In this document: piece after piece, positions 38,101 through 51,447 of the stretch
How positions within the stretch are numbered: the stretch's first letter is position 1
How the letters are laid out: the number at the start of each line of letters is the position of its first letter
NCBI GenBank assembly: GCA_964016885.1
Contig: OZ024740.1
Location: forward strand, 360,840,001-360,904,000
DNA: 64,000 bases
From: Eledone cirrhosa
Taxonomy: Eukaryota
Reading direction: 5' to 3'
The notes under the pieces: model-generated
The model's database searches: none
Told to the model about the DNA's origin: nothing
Seen by the model: only the letters and a program-made list of their open reading frames with translations
Made by a program: the position numbers and the translations under genes

Positions 38101-39080
38101 AACATCAGGCTATGTGCATTTACACTTCTAATCCTGAGCTAAGTCATGTTTCATGAAGAGGAGGAAAAGTGAGAAGGATCACTTACCTTGTTTATGTTAA
38201 GGAAGGACGGGTGATCCTACCTTTTGGTTGGCTGTGGGTGTCTCCACGATTATATTGGATTAAATTCTCTTTGTGATGGACTCATTGGGGTCTCTGATTT
38301 CATTGGGGGTATTATTTTTAATTTCATATAGGTGTTTTATTCAACCTATGAGTAGTGTACTTTTTGGGGAGTGATGTAGTCATTTTCTGTAATGTCTGTG
38401 TTGATCTGTATGAGGTGCATTAAATTTTTATTGTTATGTTTATGGCTGTGTAACTTGTGATGTTGGTCTCTTTTTGTTGGGTTTGCATTTGTTGGTGTCT
38501 GTGATGGAGGTGATGATGATGGTGGTGGTAATGATGAAGTTGATGTAGGTTTCAGTGTTATGTGCCTTGCAGCTTTAACATTTTCCTTCTACCCTCTTTT
38601 TTCCTATGAGCAAATTCAGAGAGCGTTTTGATTTTTTTTTGTGGGAGACAATTTGCCATCCTCCACCTCGCCTCAAATCATATCTTGTGGGAGAGTATGT
38701 CCTCCATGTGTGTTTGTGTTGCTGTTGTGATTCTTAATGCGCTGGTCATTTGACTGCATAAAAGTTTTGGCACCTCTGCTGCTGGTGCCACTGGTATTAT
38801 TTTCCACAATGGTTGAGACATTGGCAGAAGTGGGTTCTTTTTTTTTCTATGGCTAGTTATAGGCAGAAAGCCTTTGAGTGAGTGGCAGCACCACAAATGA
38901 GACACTGCAGTCTTCTCCCTTCCACTGCTACTGCCATGTGTACCCTCCAGAGCGTCAATCACCTCAAGGATGAAGTCCAGGAATTTTTGGTCAGTTTGGA
39001 TGAGGAGCTCCATTCCCATTCCACACCAGTTTTCCTTTCTCATCTTACAGACTTCAAGTATGGTGGATTGATCCTTCATA
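35160..39080 (-). mobile_element. Decayed Tx1/L1-clade LINE (ORF1 remnant, APE, RT)
   Basis: EGKLLVLGV..FRLVAI (APE); GLDGLPY..GVVTLPRKD..KPITLLNTEFKILSKVL (RT); AATAAA at the 3' end. Confidence 0.85.
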
Positions 39081-40801
39081 TTGGTGGTGATGGCTGCTAC
39101 ATATATACATTAGCAATAAACACAAAAAGGCACATATTCATGCACACACGCACACAATGTTCACAGTGACAAATACACACATTCACAGAAACAAAACACA
39201 CAAACACATTCAAATACATACATTCACACAGGCACACACACATTGCATGTCTAACAACACTCTCCAGTATGGAAAGGTGGTGACTTTTAGGATGTTTGAC
39301 AAAATACCTTTTTGTATTTTGTTATATCCTTTTGCCTTCAATGCCCAGGTCCACTGGAGTCAACTCTGCCTCTCATCTTTCATAGAGTGTGTATGTTGTG
39401 ATCAATGAGGTAGTGATTGATGAAATAACTACCAGTTCAGTATTGGGTGGGAGAGATCAATTAAAATTATCAAATGCCCTCCAAACAATTCACCTCATTT
39501 TATGTTGTCTAATAAGATCAATGTAAGAAAGGTGGAAAAAAATTGTTACAATTAGAATAGTTCCTTCTTTTATCCTCATGGATTGCGTGTGACTCATGAG
39601 TGGCAGTGAGCTACACCCTGTGACGTGAAGAACTGAGGTGTGACAGAGCGTGATGAAACACCAATCATTGTTAGTACTAGGGTGAGTGATATGGTGGAGA
39701 GAAATCTGTTTAACAATTTTGGAGTTAGCTTCTATTGTCAAAGGCTGGATAGAGGTAATGAGGGAACAAACTAACTGTGAGGGAAATGAAGAAGAAAAGG
39801 GGGTGGGTTATTATGTATGCGGGAAAGAAAGTTGTTTGAAAGCATATTTTGTCTATCTGTTAAATGCTACAATCTCACAAAAATGTTCTAAAATTTTTAT
39901 TTTGAATTCAGAGAGCACAATTAAAAGTAAGATAAAAAATTGTGTTCTCAAATGGTTTTATCTATGCCAGAAGGCAGTGTTCTCTGCAATTCCTTTCCAC
40001 TCTCTCTCTCTGAGGTTGATGACTGTTACAGGACATACACAAACAAAATCAATTGTCAAGTATGGTTTATAAGCTTGAATACAGGCACACATATATACAT
40101 ACACACATTCTAGGCACACCATGTATCTGTAGGTATATATATTTATTTTCCAAGTGTAATGCTTTATAAAATCTCATGTAAACTATCTCATTTTGTTCTT
40201 ATTTGCTCCCTTTCTCTTTCATGGCATTCATTTCTCCTTTTCATCTAATTCTCTTTCTCACTCTTACGACTTTACTAACAATTCCTCTTTTTCCACTCTT
40301 CATAGATTGTCTGCTGTTGTGCTAAGTGAGTGAGAGAGGAAAAGAGCGGTAGATAGGATTAAAGTAGAAAGCAATTTACTTTAAATTTGAACCAGCATTA
40401 CATTAACTAAATGTATTGCTTGGACAACAGTCATATTTCTTTTGTATCAAGTTTTATATATTTACAGCAAATATAAGTAATATATTGACACACATTGGTG
40501 CAATATTGGTCTCTAATTTCCTAACGATGTACATTTAGAAGAATTCCAATCTTCCACTTTCATCCAATGTTGGGGTTTTAAACTCCATAAATTTTTCCCC
40601 AGTACTTCACATAAGTCATGCATATGAATAACTCTTAAAATACATGTGAATCACCATCAATTTTGATGAATCGGGCCAACTAGTAAATATATATATATAA
40701 TCGACAAACATAGCTTTGTTACAATTTTGTGAAGAAACTGAACATTGCTTATTCTCTCCCTAAAATTACGAGTTATGTACTAGTAATGATATAACAACAA
40801 C

Positions 40802-40835
<34 letters not shown>

Positions 40836-42739
40836 TTGTTTATTTCACACAAAGCCATTTTGATGACCCACAATATAATTGGGAATAACAAAAACAATAC
40901 ACAGCATGTAGTAATAATAATAATAATAATAATCGAAAAAATGATTTGCTGCTTTTTCTTTTTTGCTTTTGTTGTTATAGAGATGTTGGTGGTGGAAGGA
41001 GGGGAGATGGGGGAAGAGGAGTGAAAAACAGCACAAAATGGATTGGTCTGATTTGACTTGTAAAATATTAAATATTTAGGCATACAAGAATAGTTAATTA
41101 GAGTTAGCTAATTGTAAAGAAAATTAATGAGAACATAAATCAGAAATTAATTTGTCAATTCGATATAAAATCTACAGGGAGAGAATGGAGTGGGGTGGGG
41201 ATGGTTTCTAATTTAGGCACAAAACCAGTAAATTGGAGGGGAGCAGAAAGTCAATTTGATAAAAATAGGGGAGGGGATTATAGTCTCCAAGGAGAATAGG
41301 GTAGTGTTGGAGGTTTCTAATTTAGGCACAAGGGCAGCATATTGGAGGAGAGGGGAAGTCAATTTGATATAAATCTGGGGTATTGAAATAGGGACTGGGT
41401 GGTGTGGGGCATTAAGTGAATGGATACAGGAGGTGGGGTGGAGGTGGAGTTCGAGACTGTTTGATTTTAATTTTTGTTGTGTGTCATCATTTATTATAAT
41501 GATTGTTATGAGATTAGGCAATGGCCATTGTTATTATTGTTGTTACAATAGTATTGGTGGAGCTGGTGGTCATGGTAGCAGTAGTAGTAGGCAGATAGGA
41601 AGGTGGAGTGCTGCAGTAGTAGTGGTGGTGGTGGTGGTAGGTAGGATGGTGGAGTTCCATAAAAATAGTAGTATGTCATACAGAATGCCCCAATTTTTTT
41701 TTTTATTATTTTTGTTGGTATTTACTTTTCATCTTCATTTATTCCAACTTGGAAATCTGGCAGGATCAACTTCCTCCTTCATCCCTTAAGTCAATGAAAG
41801 AAGTATTAGTTATATAATGATTGGCCAATCAATTCACTCACCCACAACCTCCCTAAAAATTTCTCATCTTTTGACCTCATCTTAATCTTTTCCATACCAA
41901 ATCACCTGGTACTAAGAACTTTTATTAAATTATGCTCAAAATACCAGCTCAACCATTTGATATCAAACCCCTTGAAATTATCTCAGGTTCTACAATATAA
42001 GTGTTTAGATTTATCTAAAATCCTTCCACAATAATTTTATGTAAGAGTTTTCTTAAGCTATGTTTCAAAACACCAGCTTAACTAGTTGATACCTAACCAT
42101 TTGAAACTGCCCCTTCTTCTATGGTACTAAGCTGTTTGTTATAAAATGTTTCCATCTTTATGTCCTTAACTCCTGGTGGCATCATAGGTGGTATTTTGAG
42201 CATTTAAACTTGGCAAATCCCATCTCTCTTCATTTTCTGAACAAAGTTGAGTTCCAGTGAGCGAGAGTGAAAGTAAAAAAGAAATATAGAAGAAGAATCA
42301 ACTCCAATACTAAACTGGTACTTTATTCATCTTGTAGGGATCAAAGGTGAAATTGACTGTGGTGAGATTTGAACTCAGTACGCAGATAACAAGAATGAAT
42401 ACCAATGATTATTCTAGCCAATGTTCTAATGACTGCCACTTTGTCACCCTAAAGTATTTAATTTTATCTAAATATTTTCAAAATTATTTTAAAATCATAA
42501 GCTATATCCTTCATTAGAAATATGGTAACGAAAAGGTTAAAGAGTTTATATTTATCTAAAAATCTCTCACCATAATTTTATGAAAGAACCTTTGTAAAAT
42601 AATAATGAGAAATCTCACCAAATTCTTGATTATTTTCAAAATGATCTGAAGCCCAGATATTATAAACATGTTAACAAAAGAGTTAATGTTTGTTAGTTAA
42701 TCGAGCAGGCGATGATAAATTTCTATATAGCACAATCAC

Positions 42740-43400
42740 AAGCCTTGTCTAGAGTCTGCTCCTAGGCCTGGTCCATGGTTGCCAGATCCTCCTCCACAGA
42801 GCCTGACTTGATTAGCCTCCTCCAAATTCTACATAAGAGAGGCTCCCATTGATCTCTTTGTGGCCATCTGTAGTAAGTGGCTGAGCATCTTCCACCATCT
42901 TTAGGTGATGGTGTACTGTAGGTTACTCAGCATTGCCTTTCCCATGACTTTATTTATGATGTGGTCATGACAAAAAATTCTTAGTATGGTCCTAAAGCAA
43001 TGTCTGTGGAAGACATCTGCAGTTTTATAGACTCTGTTAGATTTTTTTTTTATGTTTCACAATTATAAGTTGTTAATACAATGATTAGTGTATAGAGGTG
43101 GAGTTTGCTGCCTTGGTTCATGGAGAAATTGGAATACACAGGTGGAGTTTGCTACTTTAATGGATGGAGGAGTTGGAATATACAGGTGGAGTTTGATGTC
43201 TTAATTGATGGAGGAGTTGGAATGTACAGGTAGAGTTTGGTACCTTATTTAATGGAGAAGTTAGGCTATATGGGTGGAGTTTGGTGCCTTGGCTGATGAA
43301 AGCATTGTACCATACAGATGGAATTTGATACCGTATTTGATGGCGGAGTTGGACTATAGAGTTAGGTGCTTTAGCTGATGGAGGTGTTGGCCCATGCAGG
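42740..43400 (-). mobile_element. Old RTE 3' fragment whose 5' end is a 44-bp x ~7 minisatellite
   Basis: DVFHRHCFRTILRI..DHI remnant; ggtggagtttg at 43097, 43141, 43185 and onward encodes a (T)KLHLY-like RT segment on the minus strand. Confidence 0.65.
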
Positions 43401-43879
43401 CTAGTAATTGTTATATAATTCTTATAGATGGCTAAAGCAGTACAGTGAAGCCTATCATCTTCATTCTAATTACACTACTGTGATTACCTTTGTCCAATTA
43501 TTCAAGGTCCAAAAAACAAAATACCAGTGGTGTAATGGAGTAAATTCAATTATCTATTTTCTCATTTACCTTGATCATAGGGGTCATAAATGATGCCGTT
43601 GCTAGTCCTGCCAAGATTAAAGAAGGTTAATTCTATTTATACCAAAATGCCTGAAACTGCCCTTTCGTTCTATGGCACAAAACTGTTTTGTTTTAAAGTG
43701 TCTAACTTTATCTAAAAACTTTCCATCTTAATTCTATATACGAACCTTTTTTAATTTATGTTCCACATACTTCATGATTATTTTTTAAATAATTGAAAAA
43801 AGTAATAGGCAATTTTTTTTTTAAATTAAAAATATGATCACAAAAGGATTAATGCTTAGCTTGGAATCCTGGAGGGTAA

Positions 43880-44340
43880 AAATATGGACAGGGAATGGAT
43901 TCCAGAGGATTGCAGTTCTAAGGAAGAACTGAAGATGTTTAATGTAGAGTTTATGGGATAGTGGTACACAATAAACATATCAAGGACGTGGTGGTGGAAG
44001 GATGAGGGTAAAACTGATAGAGTCTGGCAGTAATGTCACACAGCTTGCTGGTTCACAGGAATTCAAGCCATTAGAGCAGTGATAGAAGCAGAAAGAAGAA
44101 ACAACACATCTGTGGTTTTAGCATGTTAATGAGTGAATTTCCATCAACCAAACAATTTATTCTTTATTCTTAGGTGTAGTCAAAGATGTTTAGGTGTGTG
44201 TAGCAGTAACATTAACCATAACTTTAACCAATATATGTGGGGTAAATCTGTGTTTTGTAGAGCATCAGCAACAGTTCAAGGCTGAAGTATTTTCTTAGCC
44301 TAAAGAAGAGTTTAGTGGTCATTATGATGTAGTTTTGGCA
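43880..44340 (-). pseudogene. Decayed CR1/L2/Jockey-group RT C-terminal remnant
   Basis: FRLRKYFSLELLLMLYKTQIYPT resembles the LYKxxIRPxLEY motif. Confidence 0.55.
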
Positions 44341-46099
44341 AGGTTCTGAAGGTCTGAGACCAGGTGGGTCAACGAGACCTCATCTTGCTCATACATTCCA
44401 TATTTGGCATGGTGTCAATAACTAGATGCAGTTCCTAATGCCAACCCTTTATCATCATCATCATCATTTAACATTCACTTTCCATGCTAGCAAGGGTTGG
44501 CCAGGTCTACATAGACCAAGTCAGTAATGAAACGAGGCCACTGACTTCCCAGACAGGCCAAGGGGTCTGTATCCTGCTTATGTACAGTCATATCAAGTGT
44601 AGAGGAGAAGTTGTCATGTCTTTTGACACAAACTGAAAGGTCCTAACCCCTTGTTTGGGAAGCTTTGTATGGCCGGATACCCTTTCTAACACTAATCACT
44701 TTACAGTATGTACTAATCACTTTACAGTATGCTTTTATTGTGTATATTATTAGAACTAGGGAAGTTGACATGTCCTTGACACAATTAAAGTGTACTCCTA
44801 ACCGTTTGTTTGGCTAGCTTTCTATGGGTGGATGCCCTTCCTATCACCAACTACTGTATAGCATGTGCTGGGTGCATTTATTATGTAGATCACCAACACT
44901 AGAGAGATTGTTGGGTCATTGACACAACTAAAGGGTCCTCTCAACCCTTTTAGGTATGGTTTCTACAGCAGGGTTTCCTTCCTGTCACCAACCACCCTTA
45001 CGGAGTATACCAGGTGTATTTTTGTGGCATAATCACTAGAGAGGTTGTTAGTCATAGACCTAACTGTAGAGCCCTCTCAGCTCTATGGAGAGGCAGGGGC
45101 AATAGCAGAGGGAGATAGGTATGAAGTTATAGGTGTATGTGGGGATTTAGCAGGACAGTGAGCAAAGGGTAGGGTGGCTGATTATTGTATGGGCATGTAG
45201 CTTAATGTAAAAATTAGTTATATTACTAAACCCCTCCAAATTCATCATTATTTTCAAAATTGTTTGAAAATTATAAGTTGCATCTTTCATTAGAATGTTG
45301 GTGATAAGATAAAATACACCAAGTACAGTTAGTAAAGTGGTTGGTGAAAGGAAGAGTATCTAGCCATAGAAAATATGCCAAACAAAGAGTTAAGAGGATT
45401 CTTCAGTTTTGTCAATGACATGACAGCTTTCCTAATGCTGATGCCACAATAAAATGCACCAAGTGCACTTTGTTGATTGCAGGAATATATGTAAGTGAGA
45501 TGTGGCTCCCAGCATGTCTGTGATGACTCATCCAACTAATGCTAGCAGGGAAAATAGATGTTAAATGATGATGATAATGAAAGATTATTACTACTACTTA
45601 GTCCTTGTGTATCTTTAGTTAGGCCCCAACTATGTTGCAATCATTCAGACCAGGTCCCCAGCCTGAGGATAACAATATCTTAATGCGCTGCTTCCTGCTA
45701 GAACAACTTATGAATGATGGTTTTGCTATGCAACTACCACCACCACCACCACTATTGCAAGTCTCACAATCCCTAAGCCAATAAAATATTTAAAAGAAAA
45801 AGAAAAAAAAAAGAAAAAAAGAAACAAACAAGTTTGATGCTCTACCAATAAACCAATAACAACAATAATCAACAGCTATAGTAATAATGGTTTCTGATTT
45901 AGGTACAAGGCCAAACATTGGGGGGGGGGGGGGGGGGGGGCATACTGGTACTTTACTTTATCGACCCCATAAGGGTGAAAGGCAAAGTTGACCTTGGAGG
46001 AATTTGAACTCAGAATGTAAAGGCTGTAACTAAATGCCTCAAAGCATTTTGTTCAACATTCTAATGATTTTGTCAATCCAAATGATATAATAATCTTAA

Positions 46100-46290
46100 T
46101 AATTGTTTCTACTTTTGGCACAAGACCACCAATAATCCAGTACATTACTGGTACTTTATTTTATCGACCCCGTAAGGATGAAAGGCAAAGTTAACCTCGG
46201 CAGGATTTGAACTCAGAATGGCAAGGGTCGTAAGTCTATACGTCAAAGCATAGCGTCCGACCCTCTACCGATACTGCCAATCCACCGCCC
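46100..46290 (-). mobile_element. Full-length young Nin-like SINE
   Basis: Complete head ggcggtggattggcagtatcggtagag on the minus strand. Confidence 0.9.
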
Positions 46291-46547
46291 TCTTAATCTT
46301 AATAATGACATTGAAAAAATGTTCTTTAAATGTCTTGCTTGAGGGAAGTATTACAGAAAGAGTTTTTTTAACAATCATGGAAATGTGTTTGCACAACAAT
46401 GATGCTGCTAACAATAATTAGAGAAAAAAAAATTATAACAGTAACAAGAACAAGGAAGACGAGAATTTACAAGAAAAAAGAACAGCACTCCAATAATAAT
46501 AGAAGAAAAAAAAAAGGAGAAAATAAAAACCAAAAACAAAGACTCAC

Positions 46548-46645
46548 TTCTTCTCCATCTCCTTCAGAGTGTTTACTAGTTGTTCGGTTTTCTCTTCCAG
46601 TTTGGCAACCACTTCAGTCTTTTGTTTCAAGTTACTATCACAAGT
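46548..46645 (-). CDS. RUFY2: Internal exon (98 nt, phase 0/2) of RUFY-family gene: TCDSNLKQKTEVVAKLEEKTEQLVNTLKEMEK
   Basis: Branch-like cactaat, pyrimidine tract, tttCAG acceptor, AA|GTGAGT donor; resembles RUFY2 LKEKNEIIARLEEKTNKI (recalled; symbol is family-level). Confidence 0.88.
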
Positions 46646-47906
46646 CTGAAAGACACAACAAGTTGGAAAAGATTAGTGCTGCTATGTCGACTAACAACAA
46701 TTCCATTTTGGGTACATGCAATGTAAAGCTGGCTACAGTGAAGTTTAAACTTAAAAATATAAAAGGGCTAAGGCACTCTTATCATCATTATCATCATTTT
46801 ACATCCATTTTGGCATGAGTTGGACAGGTTGTAATGATCCGAGACTAGATGGGGTTGGAGACACCTTATCTTGCTCAAATGTTTTATATTAGACATTGTT
46901 TCTACGGCTAAATATCCTTCCTAACACTAACCACTTTACAGAGTTTACTGAGTTTATTTTATAGTGTTACCAGCACTAGAAAGGTTGTCGTAAGTTCTGC
47001 CAAACTGAAGAGTTTTGTTTAACCTATACTGTCTCTGATCACTGACCCCTTTACATAGTATACTAAGTTCATTTTATTGTGGCAAAAATACCAAAGTGGT
47101 ATTTGATAGGTTCAGAGGATCCTCTCTAATCTAAAAGAAAACAAAAGTTGAAAGAAGCCAATCATCCGATTAGACCAAGGAGACAATGTTTCCATTGGTC
47201 TTTCCACTGTTGATACTGTCTACCAATTGCAACTCCTGGGAGAAGGAGATAGGATTTGAACTCAGAATGCATAGAGCCAGATCCAGTTTCGCTTTAACAG
47301 TTCTGTCAATTCATTGTCCCAGGACTGGTATTTTATTTATTGTCCCCCAAAAGGATAAAAGAAATAATTGACCTCAGAGCACAGTGAGCCAGAACAAATA
47401 CCAAAGCATTTAATCTGGTGTTCTAACATACAAGCATGGCTATGTAGTTAAGAAATTTGCTTCACAACCATGTGGCCTTACGTTCTATCCTACTATGTGG
47501 AACCTTGAGCAAGTGTCTTCTATTATAACCTCAGGTTGACCAGTGTCTTGAGTGAATTTGGTAGTCAGAAACTGTATGAAACCCGATATATATATATGTG
47601 TGCCTGTCTCTTCTATTTGCTTTTGAAATCACTAGTGCATGTGCTGATATTTCTTTATGCCCTGCATAAACAGAGCTCCTGCTGCTTAGAGGATATGCGG
47701 AGATCTGTACTTTACTTAAAAATCAAGTGAGGGTTGTCATCAGAAAGAGCATCCGAATGTAGAATTCTGCCTCAAACAGTCTTGCCACCATGAAATAAAA
47801 ATGGACATAAAACTAATGGTAGTGATGATATAATTCAAATCTAGGACCCATCTGTTTGAAGTAGGTTCAGTGAAAGTTGGAAAGCTAAAAACTCTTACTG
47901 TGTTTC

Positions 47907-48125
47907 TTAACTCTTAACATCCTGCAAAGATTTAGCAGAAAAGGTTTATTGATTCAAATCTTTATAGCATCTTTACTACTTTACTAGTGGACAAATCATT
48001 TTAAAAATTTATAATATTAGAATAAAGACTTCAATTTTTTTATGTGATGCAGTCAGTGCTATTTTGTACTTTTCAAGAATGACTTGCTAATGTAGTTTTG
48101 TGCAGTACAGGATGTTAAGAGTTAA
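47907..48125. mobile_element. piggyBac-like MITE family 3
   Basis: Perfect termini TTAActcttaacatcctg / caggatgttaagagTTAA. Confidence 0.85.
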
Positions 48126-49423
48126 TTCAAATTCTCCATTTGCTCATTCACTTGGCTAAATGTGTATGTATGTACATGGTATGTGTGTATGTGTATGTAA
48201 ATGAGCGTAAGAGCTATAGCTATTATTGTTATTATTATTTTCTATCAGAAAATAACATTGTTTGTTTCTTGTGAAATAAATGAGTTCTGTTGAGAAGTGG
48301 AATTTGTTGTCTTCTTATTTTTGTCTACTGTCTGTAAAAAATATATTTGTTTTCAGTAAAATTTTCTTTTTAAACATTGTAGCCATTTTGGTGGTTTATG
48401 AGTGGTAGAAAGAAAAAAAAAGATTTATTTGTACATTAAAGTCTTTTTACTCTAAACTGAGAAGAAATAGTGCAAGCAATTAAATTCTGACCTCACTATT
48501 TAGAATAAAGTCACTGATACATATATGTTGTAAGAAGTGATTAAAAGATTTGGCAGCAGGAAGTGCATCATGACATAAAAAACATTGCCTCAAAAAGGAA
48601 CACATGATAAGTATTAAGCTTGTCGTGGGGCTTGCAAGGCTAACCTCTGCTTTGGCAGGAAAAATGACCTTAACCCTTTCATTACTATATTTCTAATGAA
48701 GGCATTGCCTATGATTTTCAAATATTTGTGAAAATAATGAATAATTTAAAGTAATACAACTAACATAAAAGAACTTTGATCTACACAATGGGGAAGCCAG
48801 ATGAAACAGATCATCATCATTATCATCAGGCTCTGTGCATTCTAAGTTCAAATCCTACCTCCTTCTCCTAGGAATTGCAACTGGTAGATAGTATCAACTG
48901 GAAAGACCAATGGAAACATTGTCTCCTTGGTCTAATCTGATGATTGGCTCCTTTCCTTTTTTGTTTTCTTTCAGATTAGAGGAAGAAAAGGCGGAAGAGA
49001 AGAAAATACATTCTTATATTCTTTTGGTGATTTCAGTCATTGGACTGCAGCCATGTTGGGGCATCACCTTCGAGAATTTTAGTTGAGCTCAATACTTATT
49101 TCTTCAATCACCATTTCTTCTTTTAAGTGTAGGTGTGAAAGGATTGTAACTTGACATTATGCTTACACTGGTATATGCAAGCATTGATAGACATGCACAC
49201 ACAACTGGCTTCTGTACAGTTTCTGTTAACCAAATTCCACAACTCAAGGCTACAGTAAGAGATACTTGCCCAAGGTGCCATGCAGTAGAACCAAACCAGG
49301 AACCACATGATTGCTAAAGGATCTTGTTAATTATAAGGTTATACCTGTGTCTATGGCAAGAAAAGAAAAACATTTGATGACTAATACTATCAGAGCTTGA
49401 AAAATAAATATAGACAAGGACGT

Positions 49424-49633
49424 GGTTCATATACTGGAAGCACTGGCCACAAATTTATGCATCTGCATCAAAGGACACAATCACAGAAGTGTTTCTCTGT
49501 TAGGAAACAACTACAAAAATGCCACATTCAAAATATCAATGCTACCAACAAAGACACAGAATGAAACATTGGAAACTTAAGAATTTAAGCAGCATTCCTC
49601 ACTAATATAACCAAGTCTTCTATTAACAATAGA
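49424..49633 (+). pseudogene. Heavily decayed GIY-YIG endonuclease of a Penelope-like element
   Basis: With frameshifts reads SYTGSTGH-LCICIKGH (YIGxTxRxLxxRIKEH) and KLKNL-AAFLTNITKSSINNR (LEAxxIxxxKPSIN). Confidence 0.5.
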
Positions 49634-50140
49634 CACAGTTTATATATAACCGTTTGGCTATTGTGAGTATATCTGTCAGTACAACCCAATACCCCTCCCC
49701 CAACCTGATATCTCGATTTCCTTTTTCTTTTGAAAGAGGGGTCTCAACCATCACATGTGAAATATAATGTAAAAGTGTAAACTGTTGCATTGTTTTGTTT
49801 TACTTCATTCCCATTTTCACTCCTTTACTTCTAACTTGCATTGCATTGGCTTTTCCAAAACAATTTTAACCACATATTTCAAAATGTTTCATGTAAACTA
49901 TAAAACATATGTTTGTGTATGTGTGTATATATAGTTTATTGGTGTGCCATGTTTACTTACTATTGGTTCAGCAGTTTAAACACTTGATGTCAATGTGGGT
50001 CTGGTTGCCAGTGTGGTATTGTATGTTTGACATTACACTTTTAGTCAGTATCCTTAAGAAGCAGAGGTTGATACATCGTTCCTACTCCTCATTATATACA
50101 CACTCACACACACACACATATGTATGTGTATGGATATATA

Positions 50141-50207
50141 TATATCACCACCATTTAACATCCATTTTCCATACTATGGAAAATGGACATTAAATGGTGG
50201 TGATATA
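50141..50207. repeat. Palindrome with 33-bp arms built from two retroposon 3' termini in (TA)n
   Basis: tatatcaccaccatttaacatccattttccata c tatggaaaatggacattaaatggtggtgatata. Confidence 0.9.
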
Positions 50208-50230
50208 CATATATATATATATATATATAT

Positions 50231-50512
50231 TCTCAGACAGGGTGATGTGTTGTTTCCTTGAGCAAGACACTTTATTTCACATTGCTCCAGTTTACTCAGC
50301 TGTAGAAATGAGATGATAGGGACTGGGGTCCTATCATTCCACTGCAAAGTGGTCGTGGACGTGCCACGGCAAAAAAGCACCCAGCACTCACTGTAAATGA
50401 GGTTGGTGTTAGGAAGGGCATTCAGCTGTAGAAATCAAGCCAGAATCAGTTCCCGTCCCACCCTTGCAAGCAGGGAAAAAGCGGACGTAAAATGAAATGA
50501 TGATGATGATGA
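50231..50512 (+). mobile_element. SINE with CORE-like body and RTE-A 3' UTR tail
   Basis: ccttgagcaagacac body, then sequence shared with the RTE-A UTR, then (GAT)n; minus-strand twin at 60430-60740. Confidence 0.85.
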
Positions 50513-50621
50513 TATATACATATATATATATATATATATAAAGAATGATGTGCTCATGCACAGGGTTGCTATAAAATAGCTTATAAAATAGGTTGAAGAC
50601 CCATGAAAGAAGTTGCCATCA

Positions 50622-50694
50622 GCCACTATGAGGAATTGAACCCCATACCTTCCAGATACTGGCTAGGTGCTTTTAATCATTAAGCCAAGGGACC
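50622..50694 (-). pseudogene. Degenerate tRNA-Thr(AGT)-like sequence (pseudogene or SINE head)
   Basis: GGTCCCTTGGCTTAATGATTAAAAGCACCTAGCC-AGT-ATCTGG...GGTTCAATTCC; acceptor stem does not pair. Confidence 0.5.
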
Positions 50695-51219
50695 ATGACA
50701 ACACTTACTGTCTTAAATTAGATATCGTTAAATGATGATGATGATGATAATGATGTGTGTGTGTGTGTTATATCACCATTTTACACCCACTATTGGGTAA
50801 GTCATCATAATCTGAGCCAGTTCTTAATTGGAGTTACTTCTCTGCTAGATGGGTCAGAGAACCACATCTCATTTATTTTTCTCCATGCAGGGACTGGTTG
50901 AAGGCTGAGGGTCATTCCAATTTCAGGTCACAAGTATAATCCCTCTGCTGCTATTACTGGTAGACATTCTCAACTGAGTGGACTGGAGCAACGAGTATGA
51001 AGTGCCTTGCTCAAAGACAGAATGTGCCTCCCAGTCTGGGAATCGAACCCATGACCTTACAATTCTAAGACCCATATCTATACAACTAAGCCATGAGCCT
51101 TCACTAGATGTTGACCTTTTATTGGTTCTGACAAGTGTTCCAATTATTTGTTCAACAAAATATCCTGCTCTTGAAATTAATGTGTAAGTGGCTAAGCATT
51201 TCACAGAGATGCGTACCCA

Positions 51220-51447
51220 TAACCCTTTAGCATTTACATTACTCTATATATACTATTGTATTTTCATGGTAAAGGCTTTATTTCACATAATTATCTCACA
51301 TGATATTGAATCTATGAGATTTTGATGTTATTAATTTTGAGAACAATACCTTAACATCAATATTATTGGTCAGTTACAGCCAGTTTGAACAGAAAAAGGT
51401 GAGAGAATTCTGGTTAGATATGGCCAATTTAAATGCTAAAGAGTTAA
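51220..51447. mobile_element. Family-1 MITE inserted at a TTAA within a SINE-like element
   Basis: Host sequence resumes ttaatgtagttatcaaggagattc; empty site cttaatgtaattctcagggagattc seen at 12427. Confidence 0.85.

Noticed and set aside
50622-50694. Functional tRNA-Thr gene
   Set aside because: Acceptor stem unpaired and U33 lost; treated as a pseudogene or SINE head
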